From: Octopus vulgaris
Lineage: Eukaryota
Direction: 5' to 3'
Length of the DNA: 64,000 nucleotides
Assembly: GCA_951406725.2 (NCBI GenBank)
Contig: OX597827.1
Coordinates: 80,600,001 to 80,664,000 of the forward strand
Of the stretch, positions 25,158 to 39,209 are shown in pieces. The translations under genes and the position numbers were made by a program. The notes under the pieces were generated by a model. The model was not told where the DNA came from and did no database searches. It was given only the letters and a program-made list of their open reading frames with translations. Numbering within the stretch: position 1 is the stretch's first letter; the number at the start of each line of letters is the position of its first letter.

Positions 25158-27535
25158 TGGGGTAGGTTTTGGTAAAGTTCTCGACTGAACTGAAGATTCA
25201 TATTTGTTCTGTAGCTGACCTTCTGCATAACATTCACTCTTGGATCTCTCAGAATAGATATTCCGCTTCACCATCTCTTCTGCATTCCTCGACATAGCAA
25301 CAGAAGTGTTAGTCTGGTACAACAATTGTTTCATCTCTGCTCTACCTTGGTAGGCTGTATTCTTTGTGGCAGCAGCTGTGTTATCTCTGTGTTTAATACA
25401 TTTCATAATACACAGCGTTATAGAAACAACAATAGCCACGGATATTATTACTGCTGATGATACAATGATAATAACCCATGTCATATGGACCCGACCTGAA
25501 GATTGTAAAGGTCCACTTTTCGACATTGGTGATGTCTCATTACTAACAGCCAATACCAAAGTGACACTAGTTGTTGACGACTGAACTGGACTACCACTGT
25601 CCTTCACAACAAACACCAGCTCATAACTTCCAGCATCATTTAGATAAACTTGTCTGGAGAAGGATAAAGCACCACTGTGTGAGTTCATACTAAACAACTG
25701 TTTATCATTTCCTTGTATGATTGCATATCTGAGGAAAGCATTGTTTCCACTGTCCCCATCAGAGGCTCTCAAAACTGTGATGTCACTCTTACTCTGCGGA
25801 TGGTACTGCACATTTAGCGTGTAAGGGTCACTACTAGGATATGTAAAATACGGAGCATTGTCATTTTGATCTAGAATCTCAACAACAACATTCGCTGTGT
25901 CATTCAGAGATGGGCTTCCATTATCTTTGACAAAAACCTCAAACTTATACACATCTTGTTTCTCTCTGTCCAATGACATGGTCGCTGAAATGAAGCCATA
26001 ACTGGTGATGAGAAATGGGAGATTGGATTTTTCTTTACGCAGCAGAGAATATGTGAGTTGTCCAGCAGATCCAAGATCAGGGTCAGTGGCATTGACAAAA
26101 CCAATAGGGAAGTCTTTATCTTTGTTTTCGTATAGGTGAGGAATTGGAATGTATCTTTGGTAAACTGTGGTTGTACATCGTTGATGTCAGTCACTTGGAT
26201 AGAGAGGCTTTTAACACTTTTAAGAGGAGGTAATCCTTTATCTTGACAGGAGACAGGAATGTTATAGTGTCCTTGTGTTTCTCTGTCCACTGGTTTGTTT
26301 AGAATGATTTTATATTCTTTAGATCCCATTGACTGTAGTTTGAACGTATCATGTTTGATATCACAGCTGACCTCTCCATTTTGTCCCACATCATTGTCAG
26401 TGACCATCACATAAGCAATGAAACTACCAACTCTGGTATCTTCAGAAATGGTAGCTGTGTTGTCATTGACTGAAGAAACATAATCAATATCAATAGATGG
26501 AGGATTATTGTGTTGATTGATAACATTTACGAGGACTGTAGCTATAGAACTGAGGGGAGGGCTGCCCCCATCTCTGGCTTCTATAAACAATTCGTAGGTT
26601 TTCTTTTTCCCCAAACTTGAATATTCCCTTAACAAAATTTCCCCACTCGTTTCATTTAATTGAAAATAGCTTTTTGCTATATCTGATGTCTTTGGACTGA
26701 AATGGAAAGTAATTTTACCATTTTCACCAGAATCAGCATCTGTCACAGATAAAACAATGATGGGTTTGTCTTTATGATGTGTACTTTGTAAGGATATATT
26801 ATATAAAGGTTTAGAAAATACAGGTGGGTTGTCGTTCAAATCTATTATTGAGATATTTATATTTAAAATACCTTGTTTTGCTGGTGACCCTCCATCTTTA
26901 GCTATGACCTGTAATAAATATGTATCTTTGATTTCTCTGTCCAATGATTCTTTTAAGACTATTTTAAGAGAAGAAATTCCATCAGCTCTTTTAGACACTG
27001 ACAGAGAGAATGGTTCTCCATTCTTTGATTTTAATTTATATTGAATTAATGAATTTTGAAATCCAACATCTTTGTCTATGGCATTCGGTAGTGATACTTT
27101 AGAACCTTTACGATCATTTTCTCCAAATTCTATATACACTATAGTTTTTGGAAACTTAGGTTCATGGTCATTGATATCTTCTATTACAATTTTGATTTTT
27201 AATATCTTTGTAATACTTCTTCCTTTATTGACAACAACTTTCATAGTTCTAGAACATTCTTTGTTGAATGTGCAGAGATCTTCTGCATCCAGTGTCTGAG
27301 CAGTGTACAGTTTACCTGTTTTGGTGATGTTAAATAACTGTGCCACCTTTCGTTTGAATTGACTGAATGTTATCAAATGTTGGTCAGATGGTTTAACATT
27401 GTCTAAAAGTTTAGAATCGGCAGCAATGTCTGCTACATATGTTCCTGGACTTCTCTCTTCTTCCACATGGTAGGTAAGGTCTATGGTCAGGACACAGTGG
27501 ACCACTGACAATACAATAGACAATGACAGTAACAT
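25158..27535 (-). CDS. Pcdh: Protocadherin G3 main exon; single +2 (TA) frameshift near 26131
   Basis: Two ORFs (543 aa and 288 aa) join into the paralog frame if the extra TA is removed; acceptor at 27591. Confidence 0.88.
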
Positions 27536-27799
27536 GTTGCTGTTGAGTGTTGGAACTGGTTAAAAATGTCCTGATTTGTTGAAGAATTAACCTAAAACAA
27601 AAATACATTAGTTATTATTGTTTGATTTCAACACACAAAATGTACATAAGTATATTGTCTCCAAAGATTAAGATTATCTTATGAAAATATATAGGAACAA
27701 TTATCATAATAGAGAACTTGGAACTAAGCTTTTTGCTTTTTTTTTTTGTATTCTATATAGAAATGTTTAAGTGAGGAAATTGAGAAAAGAGGCGCTAAC

Positions 27800-28058
27800 C
27801 ACATGGTTGTGAGTGAATTTAGTAGACGGCAACTAAAAGAAACCGGTTGTATATATACTGTGTGTGTGTCTGTGTTTGTCCCCCCATCATTGCTTGACAA
27901 CCGATGTAGGTGTGTTTACATCCCCTGTAATTTAGTGGCGAAAGAGACCGATAGAATAAGTACTAGGCTTACAAAGAAAATGTCCTGGCGTAGATTTGTT
28001 CAACTAAAGACGGTGCTCCAGCATGGCCGCAGTCAAGTGACTGAAACAAGTAAAAGAG
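27800..28058 (+). mobile_element. SINE-like repeat (3' part)
   Basis: GATAGAATAAGTAC motif shared with family A; ends GTGACTGAAACAAGTAAAAGA. Confidence 0.5.
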
Positions 28059-29334
28059 TAGAATAGTTGATTTATCAAATTGGCAGATGTAGAGTCATCA
28101 TTAGTATCTGATGTGAAAGACATCCTTTAATGAATGAGGAGAAGATCCAAGATGATGTAGTCTAATGGTGGGAAAATATCTTTCACCATAATGTTTTGGT
28201 CCATGAAAATTAAGTATTTAGAATTATTTTTGATCTGTAAGAGCAATGAATAAATTTCTTTCTATATTTAATATTCTCTATCAGACTTTTTTGCTGTTGT
28301 TATAGAATTAGTCCATATGTTCTGTTGCATTGTACAGATCCACTAATTGCATAAATTACACAAAATGGGGTTGGGGAAGGGGAGAATGGATGCAGTTAAT
28401 GTTTCTCTTCAATATTTTAAAGTTGATGGCTGTAGGAAATACAAGGGCACAAAAAGAATTCCAGGTTGTTACTCAAAGGAGAAATGAATGGCAATTGTGG
28501 TAAGTGCGGTGCTTGTGTAGCGCTGGGTACAATGTGGATAATGGGAAGAGGAGAGACAAGTGAGTTGGGAGTTTGTGGAAGACATGACATGTGACCAGCT
28601 ATTCTCAAGAAAGAGGGTCCACTGTAATGAAAGACAAAATTGAGTAAAGAAATAGCATATAGGTGGGTCAGTGACTGGCTTCTTGCCAATGAGCCAGGTG
28701 GGTTTTTTTTTTTGTTTTTGTTTTTTGGATGCTTGCTAGGATGTCTGTACATGTAGCAGCAGAGCCTAAGTAGATTCTACTGTAAATCTGACATCAACTT
28801 TGAAGAGGGTTAGAATTTGTAAGAGGTCTGGAGTATTTTCTGTTTCTGAAGAAAACGGCCAGTTTATGCGAGGCAGTCTTTGCCATGTTGAAGATGTACA
28901 AAGTATGGCCATCTCTCACAATTGCAAGTGAGTGTGGCTGGATAACATGTACCATGCCATCACCCATCATTTTAGGCATTTAAGTAGTCACAAGCAGACA
29001 CCCTCTTGACACCTCCACCCTTTAGCTGGACGAACATCTAGAAGTTGACAACCTGAGATAAAGAGAGCTGCACTGCCCTCTGTTGGTTCTCATTACAAGT
29101 GAATACACTGAAGCATTTATAAGGAATGTTGGGGTTCTAGTTGCATCTTGTTCACATTTAAGAGGTGGGGTATGATATTGTTTCCTTGATATTTATTTGC
29201 TTTCTTTCCTGCAGTATGGAGCTGAACCCTGGACAGTCCATAAAGCTCATGTCGACAAGTTACATACATATATGATGAGACAGCAATGACAAATTATGAA
29301 GGGATCCTATGGTGTGCTGGTCTGATTCCTCACT

Positions 29335-29590
29335 GACAGAAATTTACATTGGTTGGGTCGTGTACACAGGATGGACAACAACAGACTCCCCAAACAAATC
29401 CTTTACTCCTAACTATGCAAGGGAAAAGAATGGAAGACCTCGACTGAGATTCAAAGACACTGCAAAAAAGGAATATTAAGTGGAAAGGAATTCATCATAA
29501 TAAATGACAAACCCAAGCGAAAAACCAACCAATATGGAAAAAGCTTATCAAGTCAGGCCAAAGCCATGAACGGTCATAGTCACAACCAGT
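29335..29590 (+). mobile_element. RTE-clade LINE C-terminal fragment
   Basis: Translates to LHWLGRVHRMDNNRLPKQILYS*...RPRLRFKDT, typical of the RTE/BovB ORF end. Confidence 0.7.
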
Positions 29591-29709
29591 GGCTGTAGAT
29601 AATGATATTTATAGAGTAGTTAAAGGAGAGTAGACTGGAGAATGCCTTCAATGTCTCTTCATGGAGCCAATACAGGGCTGGCAAAAGGTTTGTGGGTTGC
29701 ATGTGGAGA

Positions 29710-30256
29710 TCATCATCATCATCATCGTTTAATGTCCACTTTCCATGCTAGCATGGGTTGAATGGTTTGACTGAGGTCTGGGAAGCCAGGAGGCTGCACC
29801 AGACCCAGTCTGATCTGGCAGTGTTTCTACAGCTTGATGCCCTTCCTAACGCCAACCACTCCGTGAGTGTAGTGGGTGCTTTTTACGTGCCACCTGCACA
29901 GGTGCCAGGCGAGGCTGACAACGGCCACAATCAGTTAGTGCTTTTTACGTGCCACCGGCACGGAGGCCAGTCGAGGCGGCGCTGGCAGTGGCCACGTTCG
30001 GATGGTTCCTTTACGTGCCACCGGCACTGGTATCACAACTACAATTTCCATTGATTTTTGATTAATTTCGATTTTGATTTCACTTGCCTCAACAGGTCTT
30101 TGCAAGCAGAGTTTTGTGTCCCAAGAAGGAAAGGTATGCATAAGTGGACTGGCTACATCTCAGGTAGAGGCCACGGGTTATGGTTTCACTTGTCCTGCCG
30201 GGTCTTCTCATGCACAGCATACTTCCAAAGGTCTCGGTCGCTAGTCATTGCCTCAG
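29710..30256 (-). mobile_element. (GAT)n-tailed RTE-related repeat, long copy
   Basis: Shares the extended region with 58399-58865. Confidence 0.8.
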
Positions 30257-30810
30257 TGTGGAAGGTAATAGAAAAATGAAAGGAAGTATCATCTGCAAAA
30301 GAATGGACAAAAGAGTTGGAGGTGATGACATGTAGGCTGTTGATGTCTAGGGAGACACAAAACCAAACCTTCAGGCATACCAGTGTTGATAGACAGGTGG
30401 TGAGAGAGAGTCCCATTAATACACACCAATGGTGAAATCTGACAAGAAGTCTCTGGTCCAATGGATAAATGGAACCAGTCAGTAGGATGTTTTGATTGGA
30501 GATTTGCATTTCAGGCACAATTAAATATATTAATGTCAGGTGCAACAGTAAGGTTTTTCACTGAGTTTCTCAAAGGTTAGAGTCCACTAGAGTTTGAACA
30601 TCAAAGAGTAGGTGCCCAGGAAATGTAGCTTTATGAAAACTGCACTGGAGGCTGTTAAAGAGGAGGAGGAGGAGGAATTCAAGGTGTTGGAGAAGGTAGC
30701 TGTGAAGAACTATCTCCATCACCTTTGAGATGTTGGAAGTAGGAGTAAGGGTCAGCGGTAGCCTTTCTACAGAATAAGATATACTGCAGCACATTTCCAA
30801 AGATTGCAAG
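30257..30810 (-). mobile_element. Old degenerate LINE reverse-transcriptase remnant
   Basis: HSFADDTSFH (YADD-like) and PLTLT..ISKVMEIV..L RT motifs; partial homolog at ~18640-18780. Confidence 0.6.
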
Positions 30811-30860
30811 AAATCTTAAGAGAGAGAGGAGGAGGGAAGAGAGAAGAGGGGGAGAGAGAG

Positions 30861-33280
30861 AATTTCTTTATTCACCATAAGGTTGAGAAAAAGAGGGTAC
30901 AATACGGGGACAGACAAAACAAACTTTGGGTCAGGGTATCGAATGAGACGAAACGTATGAATAAACAAACAATTAAAATATATACAATTAAATGAGAATG
31001 AGTGATTAACAAAAAATGAAGCGGAGGACGCGGTTGACCCCACAAACCAACATACTCACACTGAAGACTTTGCTTTCTCCTTTTTTTACATTCTCGATTA
31101 AACAGGTTCTTTCACTCGCAACATATTTGCTATATATTTCCATCTTTTACGAAACACATTTTGCGACAGGCATTTCTTCTCCAGCCTTATTTTCGTTTCA
31201 TGTGGAAAACGAAAAAGTTGATTAGCTCGAGACTGGAGATAAACACTCCTGTTGAAATTCCTTTCACTGTTTGAAGTAATCTTTTCCTTCACAGGGAGCA
31301 TAGACAGTGACCAGCCTGAACACTTTACCACTGCTGTGCGTCACATCCAAAACGACCAACCTGCCTTCTGGATCTATAAAGACAGTTCTAATCTCTAAAT
31401 CCAGGTTTTTTCTGACCAGCACTGCCACTCCTCTGCCCCCTCCTGGTCGACAGGGAGAAACGTATTTCTCGTAGCCGTTTAGAAGGAGCGAAAAAGCCTG
31501 CAGCCCACTCAGTCTGGATTCGGTAATTACAACTACATCCAAACGATGCGACCCAAGGTTGTTAAGGAGGTAGCCTTGCTTCCAATACGACCCCAGGCCG
31601 CAAATATTTAAACAACCGAGTTTAAATGAGAATGTGAAAAATTAGTCGAATGTTTAAAACTTACTGTTTTAACAGGAGAGAGGGTGTAGTTTCACCCTCC
31701 TCTTTTCTGTCTGTGAGTGTTGTGGTTTGCGAAGTCATTTTTTTCGCAAATTGCTTGTACAGATGGCTCGAAAAGTTCAACTGTAACGGGCCGAAATCCT
31801 CCACAAAAGATTTTTTTAGTTCAAAATAGTTGTCTTTGGTATAAAATTCGACATTTTCAAGAATAGTATTATTTACATCTGTTGCGATATATTTTTTCGC
31901 CGATTTCATTAAAACAATTTTGTCTCTTAATAGTTTATTATTTTGTTTATCGCCGTGAAGGTGTTTCTCTTTTTTATATTAGGCGATTGTGGAGGGGGGG
32001 GGTGTGCTTGTGGGTGTGCTTGTAAAAGCATGGGTGTTTGTAGGTGTGTGTGTGTGTGTGTGTGCTTTTTCCAGTGTGTGTGTTTTTTTGGCTACGTGTG
32101 TGTTTGTGACTGTATTTGTGGGTGTGGGTGTGCTTGTCTGTCTCGGAGCATAGTCCTGTGTATCCAAAGAGGGTGGGTTTTTCCGTTTCCGTCTTCTTTT
32201 TGAAGGTTCCACGTTGACCCACTCCTGGATGTTGTTGTTTTCTCCCGCTGTCGGCTGTACTTCGGCAATTGAGGTGTGCGACGTGGCTGCTATTTCTAGT
32301 GGTGTGGTCGTTGTCTTCGGCGGCGTCCTTGCCTCTTCTGCTGCGTTTTCTTTGGCTGTCTTCTTCTTACAGCTCGACCTTATGTAAGGGAACTGGGCAA
32401 TTTTTCTGAGTCTGAGGGATTTGCTTGGATGACAAGCTCTAAATCTCGTCCAAACCAGTTCATGTGGTGGTATCTCTTAGATTAAAGAATAAAAATTTCT
32501 TCTTCTTTGCTATGAGAATAGCAGCTATCACCCAGGCCATATCTATTCCGGGTGGTATATCCGCGACTGTGATTTTTGAAGTCGGCAGGAGAACCACTTC
32601 TTCCAACTTCAATGTCATTGTTGAATGTTCCCTAGCTTTTTCTTCGCTGGGGAAACGCACCTCTACAGTGCCGAAGCGACAACCCTTTGTTATATAACTT
32701 GTTTGTTGCCATATCGGCCTCAAGAATTTTCCTATGGCTTCCCTCGGCACGAAGTCAATTTTCCTATTTTTCACATGATATGTTTTGTATATCACCGTCT
32801 TTCTCTCCGTCGTGTAAATTAATTCACTGGCAGGGAGCAACTTCAAATTATCACCTTTTTTTAGTAAACCTTGGTATTTCTTCAAATCTTCCTTGTTAAT
32901 TACTATATATTCGCAGGGGCGAGTTGCTGCACTCGCAAAATGTATTTTTGACTTTTCCTCTTGTGCCGTAGCCTCGCCAGACATCTTGTCGTCTGCTTTT
33001 GTAACGCGCGCGTGAGACGCCTCTTTACTTTCACCTTCCTCCTCCCACATTTTCGCCTTCATCGCCTTCAAACAAATTTTCAAAGTTTTTCTCCGACTCG
33101 GAATAAATTGGTGGCAAATTCATGCTTTTTGCCGCTTCAAGGGGGAAAGAATGGAAAAAACTCTGCTGCAACAGCAGAAAAGAAGTGGTTTCGACGACCA
33201 AAACAGCAAATTTTCACAATTTTCAGCACAAAAACAATCTTTCAGTGCAGAGCAAAGAATAACACGACCGATCAAAAGAA
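30861..33280 (-). mobile_element. Tx1/L1-clade LINE with both ends present and RT internally deleted
   Basis: ORF1-like 32460-33083 plus partial knuckle HIRSSC; APE endonuclease (CLNICGL, DVVVITESR, GRGVAVL, EGRLVVLDV, VYAP) fused to ORF2 C-terminus (FRKRW); AATAAA at the 3' end; TC-rich flanks. Confidence 0.8.
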
Positions 33281-33777
33281 GAGAGATGGAGAGAGGGGGG
33301 AGGAGAGGGAAAGAGGGGGGAGAGATGGGCGAGGGAGGGGGGAAAGAGGGGGGAGGGTAAGAGAGTCCAGTGGAGGTAGGAAATAGTTCAGTAGAGTATT
33401 AAGGGCAATGGAAAGGAGATTGTAGTCTAATGATTCCTACGGATATTTAATGCGTTAAATGTATTTATATATTTACATTCAGCTCTATTGAATCTCCACC
33501 ACCACAAAGGTTTCCCCTCATCGATTTTTAGCAAAATGACAATGTCTGAAGCCATTCCTGCCCTCTCTGCTGATTTACTTCACTTCCTGATTGTTTCAAA
33601 GGAACAACAAGAAGACAAAATAATAATAATCGTATCAAATTTCAAATCATTATCTGCTTATAATTTAGTCTCTTTCCTATTCTAGACACGAGGCTCAAAA
33701 TTTTGCGGGGAGGGGGGGGGCAGTCGATTAGACTGACACCAGTACGCAACTGAACAGATATTCACATACTATTAACG

Positions 33778-34109
33778 CGGTTTCGATTCCCAGACCGGGC
33801 GTTGTGAGTGTTTATTGAGCGAAAACACCTGAAAGCTCCACGAGGCTCCGGCAGGGGATGATGGTGATCCCTGCTGTACTCTTTCACCACAACTTTCTCT
33901 CACTCTTACTTCCTGTTTCTGCTGTACCTGTATTTCAAGGGGCCGGCCTTGTCACTCTCTGTGTCACGCTGAATATCCTCGAGAACTACGTTAAGGGTAC
34001 ACGTGTCTGTGGAGTGCTCAGCCACTTACACGTTAATTTCACGAGCAGGCTGTTCCGTTGCTTCGGATCAACCGGAACCCTCATCGTCGTAACCGACGGA
34101 GTGCTTCCC
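33778..34109 (+). mobile_element. Young 5'-truncated SINE (family C) with 10-bp target-site duplication
   Basis: Begins at B-box-like GGTTTCGATTCC; TSD ACTATTAACG at 33768-33777 and 34110-34119; CpG retained. Confidence 0.75.
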
Positions 34110-34423
34110 ACTATTAACGTCTAGCATTAATAAATATCTATTCCACCTTGAATGTGGCACACCGTATTTATTCTGTCTGAATAATTATAATGATGCTTAT
34201 TTCTGACGTTTCACTTTCCTTTCAAATTCATGCAAGGTGTATGTTACATTTAATTCTAAGCCAAAACATTATATTCATGTGAATTCCACATGGTTTTATT
34301 TGCACCATAAATTATCTAAAAGTCTTTAAACTAAATTCGAAGCTTATATTGCTTGAGTTACGCCCCTTGCAAGGACATACAGCAGCAGCAGCAGCAGCAC
34401 TTGGAAGAAATTTTTTTTAAAAA

Positions 34424-34817
34424 CTAGCAGTATCGCCCGGCGTTGCTCGGGTTTGTTTCGGCCCTTTAGAATTGGAATTTTTGAAAAGTAAAAATTTCGC
34501 ATTATGTAGCTTGTTATTCTCATTAAGTGAACATTTTTCTGGTTGAAATACACGGAAAAATGGCGACACAGCGGTCAAAAAATCGTAAAAAAATAGGGAT
34601 TTTCATAGAAAAAAAAGCACCTTTTTGATGTAAATAATTTTTGGTGTTAACATGGTCCAATTTGAATTTTTCCTTCTACAGAAGGAAGAGCAAACCTTCT
34701 TCTATCATACTCTCAATTTTGGTCAACTTGCGCCACAGGGTTTCGGAGGAGATAGTGTTAGTTGAAGGCTACCAAACCTGACACACACAGATAACTTCAG
34801 CTTTATATGTATAGAGA
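34424..34817 (-). mobile_element. Non-autonomous Helitron
   Basis: 5' TC, 3' hairpin CCCGAGCAACGCCGGG then CTAG, inserted between A and T; absent from the paralogous site near 19500-19550. Confidence 0.75.
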
Positions 34818-36820
34818 TAAAGCTTGGTTTGTGCATTAAAAGGAAAACTAGTTGTTCCAAATCATATGAAGAATTTATCTTTAGTTGATTAAATGATACC
34901 CTATCGACTCAGCCATTCATACATGCTTTTACAAATTTATGCAGAAGTAATTTTCAAATGACAATTGCTCACTTAAAAACAGTTCCAGAATTATTTCAAG
35001 GAAGAAATTACTGAATATGAGGAAACACTAAGCATTCTTTAAATGTTATTGAGTCTCATCATCATCATCATAAACATTCTCATCATCATTATTATCTAAC
35101 GTCCATCTTCCATGCTGGCATGGGTTGGGTGGTTGGACAGGAGCTGGCAAAGCAGAGGACTGCTCCACTGTCAGTTCTGGCAGGTTTTTTACAGTTGGAT
35201 GTCCTTCCTAATGCTAATCACTTTACAGATGGGATTGGGAGCTTCCCATATGGCATCAGCATTGGCAAGGTCGATTTTTGCATGTTTTTTTAATAGGTGG
35301 AAACCTATTAAAGTGTGAGAGAGATGGAGGCGATATGCCAGGATATGCACTCAAGGTACAGGAATGAGAATAGAGATTGGATGGTAGGGCATTGATAAAG
35401 ATGCACAAATAAGGAATTCATGTGAGTGTAAAGAAGATGGAAGGAAGAGAATACAGTGACTGGTGAAACCTGGATATAAAGAAGGGGGCGGTGGATAACA
35501 AAGCAATGATACAGTGGGCAAGGTAGAGAGGTGGGAGAGGTGGGAGAGATAAACACAGAGCATGGGGAAAAGATGTGAGGAAGAGGAGAAGGGAAGATGC
35601 AGTTAAGCTTAATGGGGTGAGATGTGTGGAAAATTTTGTTTAGTGTTACATGTGATTGGAACACACAGCACTTCCAGAACTCAAGTGTCTCTGTAGAAAC
35701 CTTTGCAGCACCACTGTGACTTAGATTAAGAGTGCATTGTATGTTTAATATAGCAAAGTCTCAAAGTAGAAGGAGAGAAGGAATAAGGGAAAAGGGGGAG
35801 TTTGAAAACGTTGGGAAGAAACAAAAGCAAGTGTAACATTTTTGTTCAAGTGGTGGTGAAGAGCAGCTGGCAGACTTTGAAGCCCAGGGATCAATAATGA
35901 AAAGAAATGAAGCAATAACATAGAGGCATAAGATATTACAAAACATATAAATATACAAAGTGAAAGACATAGATTTATGGTTTTCAATGTAGCTTTTATA
36001 TATTATATTTGTTAAAAACTAATTTGATAATTCAGTTCAAAAATAAACAAAATATTCAGTTTAAAAAATAAGCAGTGAAATTCAAAGAAAAATTCACAAA
36101 AAGAAATATTGTCAAATATTGAAAATATTGAAAAATGGAAGAGAAATTATGTTAAACGACGTACTGAATTACTGAATTACATTTTACAATGGCTTACACT
36201 CAAATACATACACAAAATAAATGATATTGTTTATATTCTGGCACCTCCAAAAGGAGTTGGTCTTTCTCACTGTATTGTCTTCCTCAATATTCCACCATTA
36301 ATATTCACTTCCTGACAGATGTGAATCGTGAGATGACGGGCATTCTCTCAAACTAAAATCTCCCACTACTGATAACAATCTATACACTATGACCAGATTT
36401 CAATACATTATAGTATATTTCATATTTTACACAAAACATTTTAACATATCTGTTAAACACCATCTACAGTATAGAAATAACATTTTATCTTCCTAACACC
36501 AAACACATACAAACACTGCCTCACCGGAACATTTTGGCTGTTGTCTAATGCTACTGATTAATATGCGTCACAAACCTTATATAGACATAAAATATTATTT
36601 TTATTGGAAGAAATTTAAATATTAAACATCTCAATCAACATCACCAAATTATTTGTGTAATAAAACAACACACACAACATTACTGCAGAACACGCATGAA
36701 TTATTGTTCAATTTCTTTGTTCTTTTTGTTCATATTAAATATGTGAGAACAATATCTAACAAATTCAATGAGACTTATTATATCAAATGAGATTATAAAA
36801 GAGATTAAATAGAGACTTAC

Positions 36821-37061
36821 CTTTTTGATAATTATATCATTGGTTATTCAGTGAGAAAGAGAAAGATGTATTGTTGTAGAAAGATCCATTGTAAGTGCTG
36901 CTGTAATGGTGTGACAATGGCTGTTATGGTGATGGAGTAGTGTAGCACGTCAGGCAGAGAGTCTGCTGCTAGGAGAGGGTTGCATGTGTCACTGAAGTTG
37001 TATGTTTGTAGGAATATACCCATCTAATAATAATATTCTGCATGTATTCATCCTTAAAGAT
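36821..37061 (-). other. Non-coding leader exon of G3
   Basis: Conserved block; donor GTAAGT 36815-36820. Confidence 0.75.
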
Positions 37062-37233
37062 AATGTTTGTTGACTACTTCCAGTGATTGTTTGCATATAT
37101 ATATACAGAGAGAGAGATTTATATAGCTACAATATTCTATAGTTTAAACAGACCATAATCTTTTGGCTTAATAACATCAATAATGTGAATCCTGCTCTTT
37201 GTTAGTGATTTTGTTTTATGTTTTAGTAAGAAT

Positions 37234-37257
37234 CTGATTGGATGAGGAAAGACCAAT
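37234..37257 (-). promoter_or_regulatory. CCAAT-box pair, putative G3 promoter (shortened spacer)
   Basis: CTGATTGGATGAGGAAAGACCAAT. Confidence 0.62.
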
Positions 37258-37819
37258 GAGGACATTAAATATTTGTGATGCAAATGTCATATATTTATAG
37301 GGGAAAAAAAAAGCTGATGAAGCAATCATACCTTTCCCCAAACTATTAAAGCCATGTGCTGTATTAGTTACAGAGTTTATTTTTAATATTACTCTAGAAA
37401 TGAAAGGAAACTTCATTTCACTGATATAAAAAAAATCTCCATTGAATATTTTTACCCTATTTTTAGTAGACTTACACAAAACGTTCAAAGGTGATACTAA
37501 ACATAGTAAAACTTATAAAATGTCCCCAATCATTATACTCCACAACAAATATTAAATTTTAAGTATTATGGAGAGTAATTATTTATTTTTATAGGCATTT
37601 ATTTATTGTAATGTATAAAAAATATTTTTAAAACTTAACTAATTTAAACATCTCTAGGGTTACTTAGAATGCATTGCTTAATTATAAGACTGTCTTGTAT
37701 AAATTTATATTGCTACATTAATTAATGTGTATATGGATATGTGCATATTCCTGTGTGTACTTAATAGTTTATATCATGTTTACTTGGAGGAAAATATGCT
37801 CATCACTTCAAATATATAA

Positions 37820-37896
37820 TTAGACATGTTTCACTGGTGTTTCTTCACTGGAATCTTTTGATGTAGAATTATCATTGTTTTTATATATATTTTGAT
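37820..37896 (-). CDS. Pcdh: G4 terminal coding exon (DQNIYKNNDNSTSKDSSEETPVKHV*)
   Basis: TTTCAG acceptor, 77 nt. Confidence 0.82.
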
Positions 37897-38519
37897 CTGA
37901 AATTTAGAAACAAAATAGTACTTTACAAAATCAGAGAATTGCCTGTATTAATATTTAGTTAATGAATGTAAAACTATGATAATATAAAGAAATATGATAA
38001 AATACAAAGAGTCTGGAATATATTATCACAAAAGCAACAGATGAGGAGAGGAGTAATTTAATTTTTATTCAATTACATTATTTGTGATAAAAACTAGGTA
38101 GAGGAAAGAGGGCCATGGGGAATTTAGCAATGAAGGGAAAAGAAGCAGAGCAAAGAGAAGGATGATATGAATGTCAAGCATGATGAAATGGTTAGAACGG
38201 GGTTGTCAAACCAGGGTAAATTACCCCAAGTGGGGTGAAAATGAAATTCTTGTGGGTGATAAGGACTTATTAGACATAACTAAAATTATATATAAAACAC
38301 GTTCCTTGTTACGGCAGAAATTTTTCTTCTGGCAACACTGCATCTGTCCAATGTGATGGACGTGTTCAGGAGACGTCATGCCATTTTGAACTACAGGCAA
38401 TTTGGTTGCTCAGGCATTGTCTAGTGACTAAACATATTATTTGGCAGCTGTCTATTACCCACCTTAACCTTATTTTTTGACACGTTTTTGAATTGTTTAA
38501 GTAGATTTAAGTAGTTAGT

Positions 38520-38712
38520 CAGCCATGTAAAAAAGCACGAAGTCCACTCTACTGAGGGGTTGGTGTTAGGAAGGGCATCCAGCTGTAAAAAATCCTACCA
38601 AAACAGTTACAGAAGTCTGGTGCAGGCTTCTGCCTGGCCAGCTCTTGTGAAACCAGCCCACCTGTGCTACCATAGAAGGCAGACATTAACCAAGATGATG
38701 ATGATGATGATG
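38520..38712 (+). mobile_element. (GAT)n-tailed RTE-related repeat, degenerate
   Basis: TTAGGAAGGGCATCCAGCTGTAAAAA core and GAT tail. Confidence 0.7.
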
Positions 38713-39209
38713 AACCCTTTAACAAAATTGATTGGACTCTGAAGACTGTATCCAAATTGCTCTGGCATGTAACAAATATGAAACAACATCATTTATCCAA
38801 AACTTGAAATGGAAAGGCTTCTCGTTTCCTAATGAGGATATTAATTGATTTTATTGTGTTTGTTTTTTATCTTTTATATTTATAAATGGGTTCAATAAAC
38901 CTTTTGAATTTAAAGATTATATGATTGTCTTCCTTTCGAATGAAGGGTTTAATATCAGTGTAAATAAATATACTTTGGAGTAATTGGTTAAGAAAGTTCC
39001 CTGACACCTGGGTTAGGAAAAAAAAAGACGCATGAAACATTAGGAAGTGGAACTGTTACGAAAACACAAAAAACAGAGAATTGTGGCAGGATATGATTGC
39101 TTATGCCCTACACTCTGGACATCACACCTAAAAGAAAGATTTGTGATAAACTACAAATGTCTACATATGATGTGATTTAAACAAAAATATTGATGTTATA
39201 GTAATTTAC

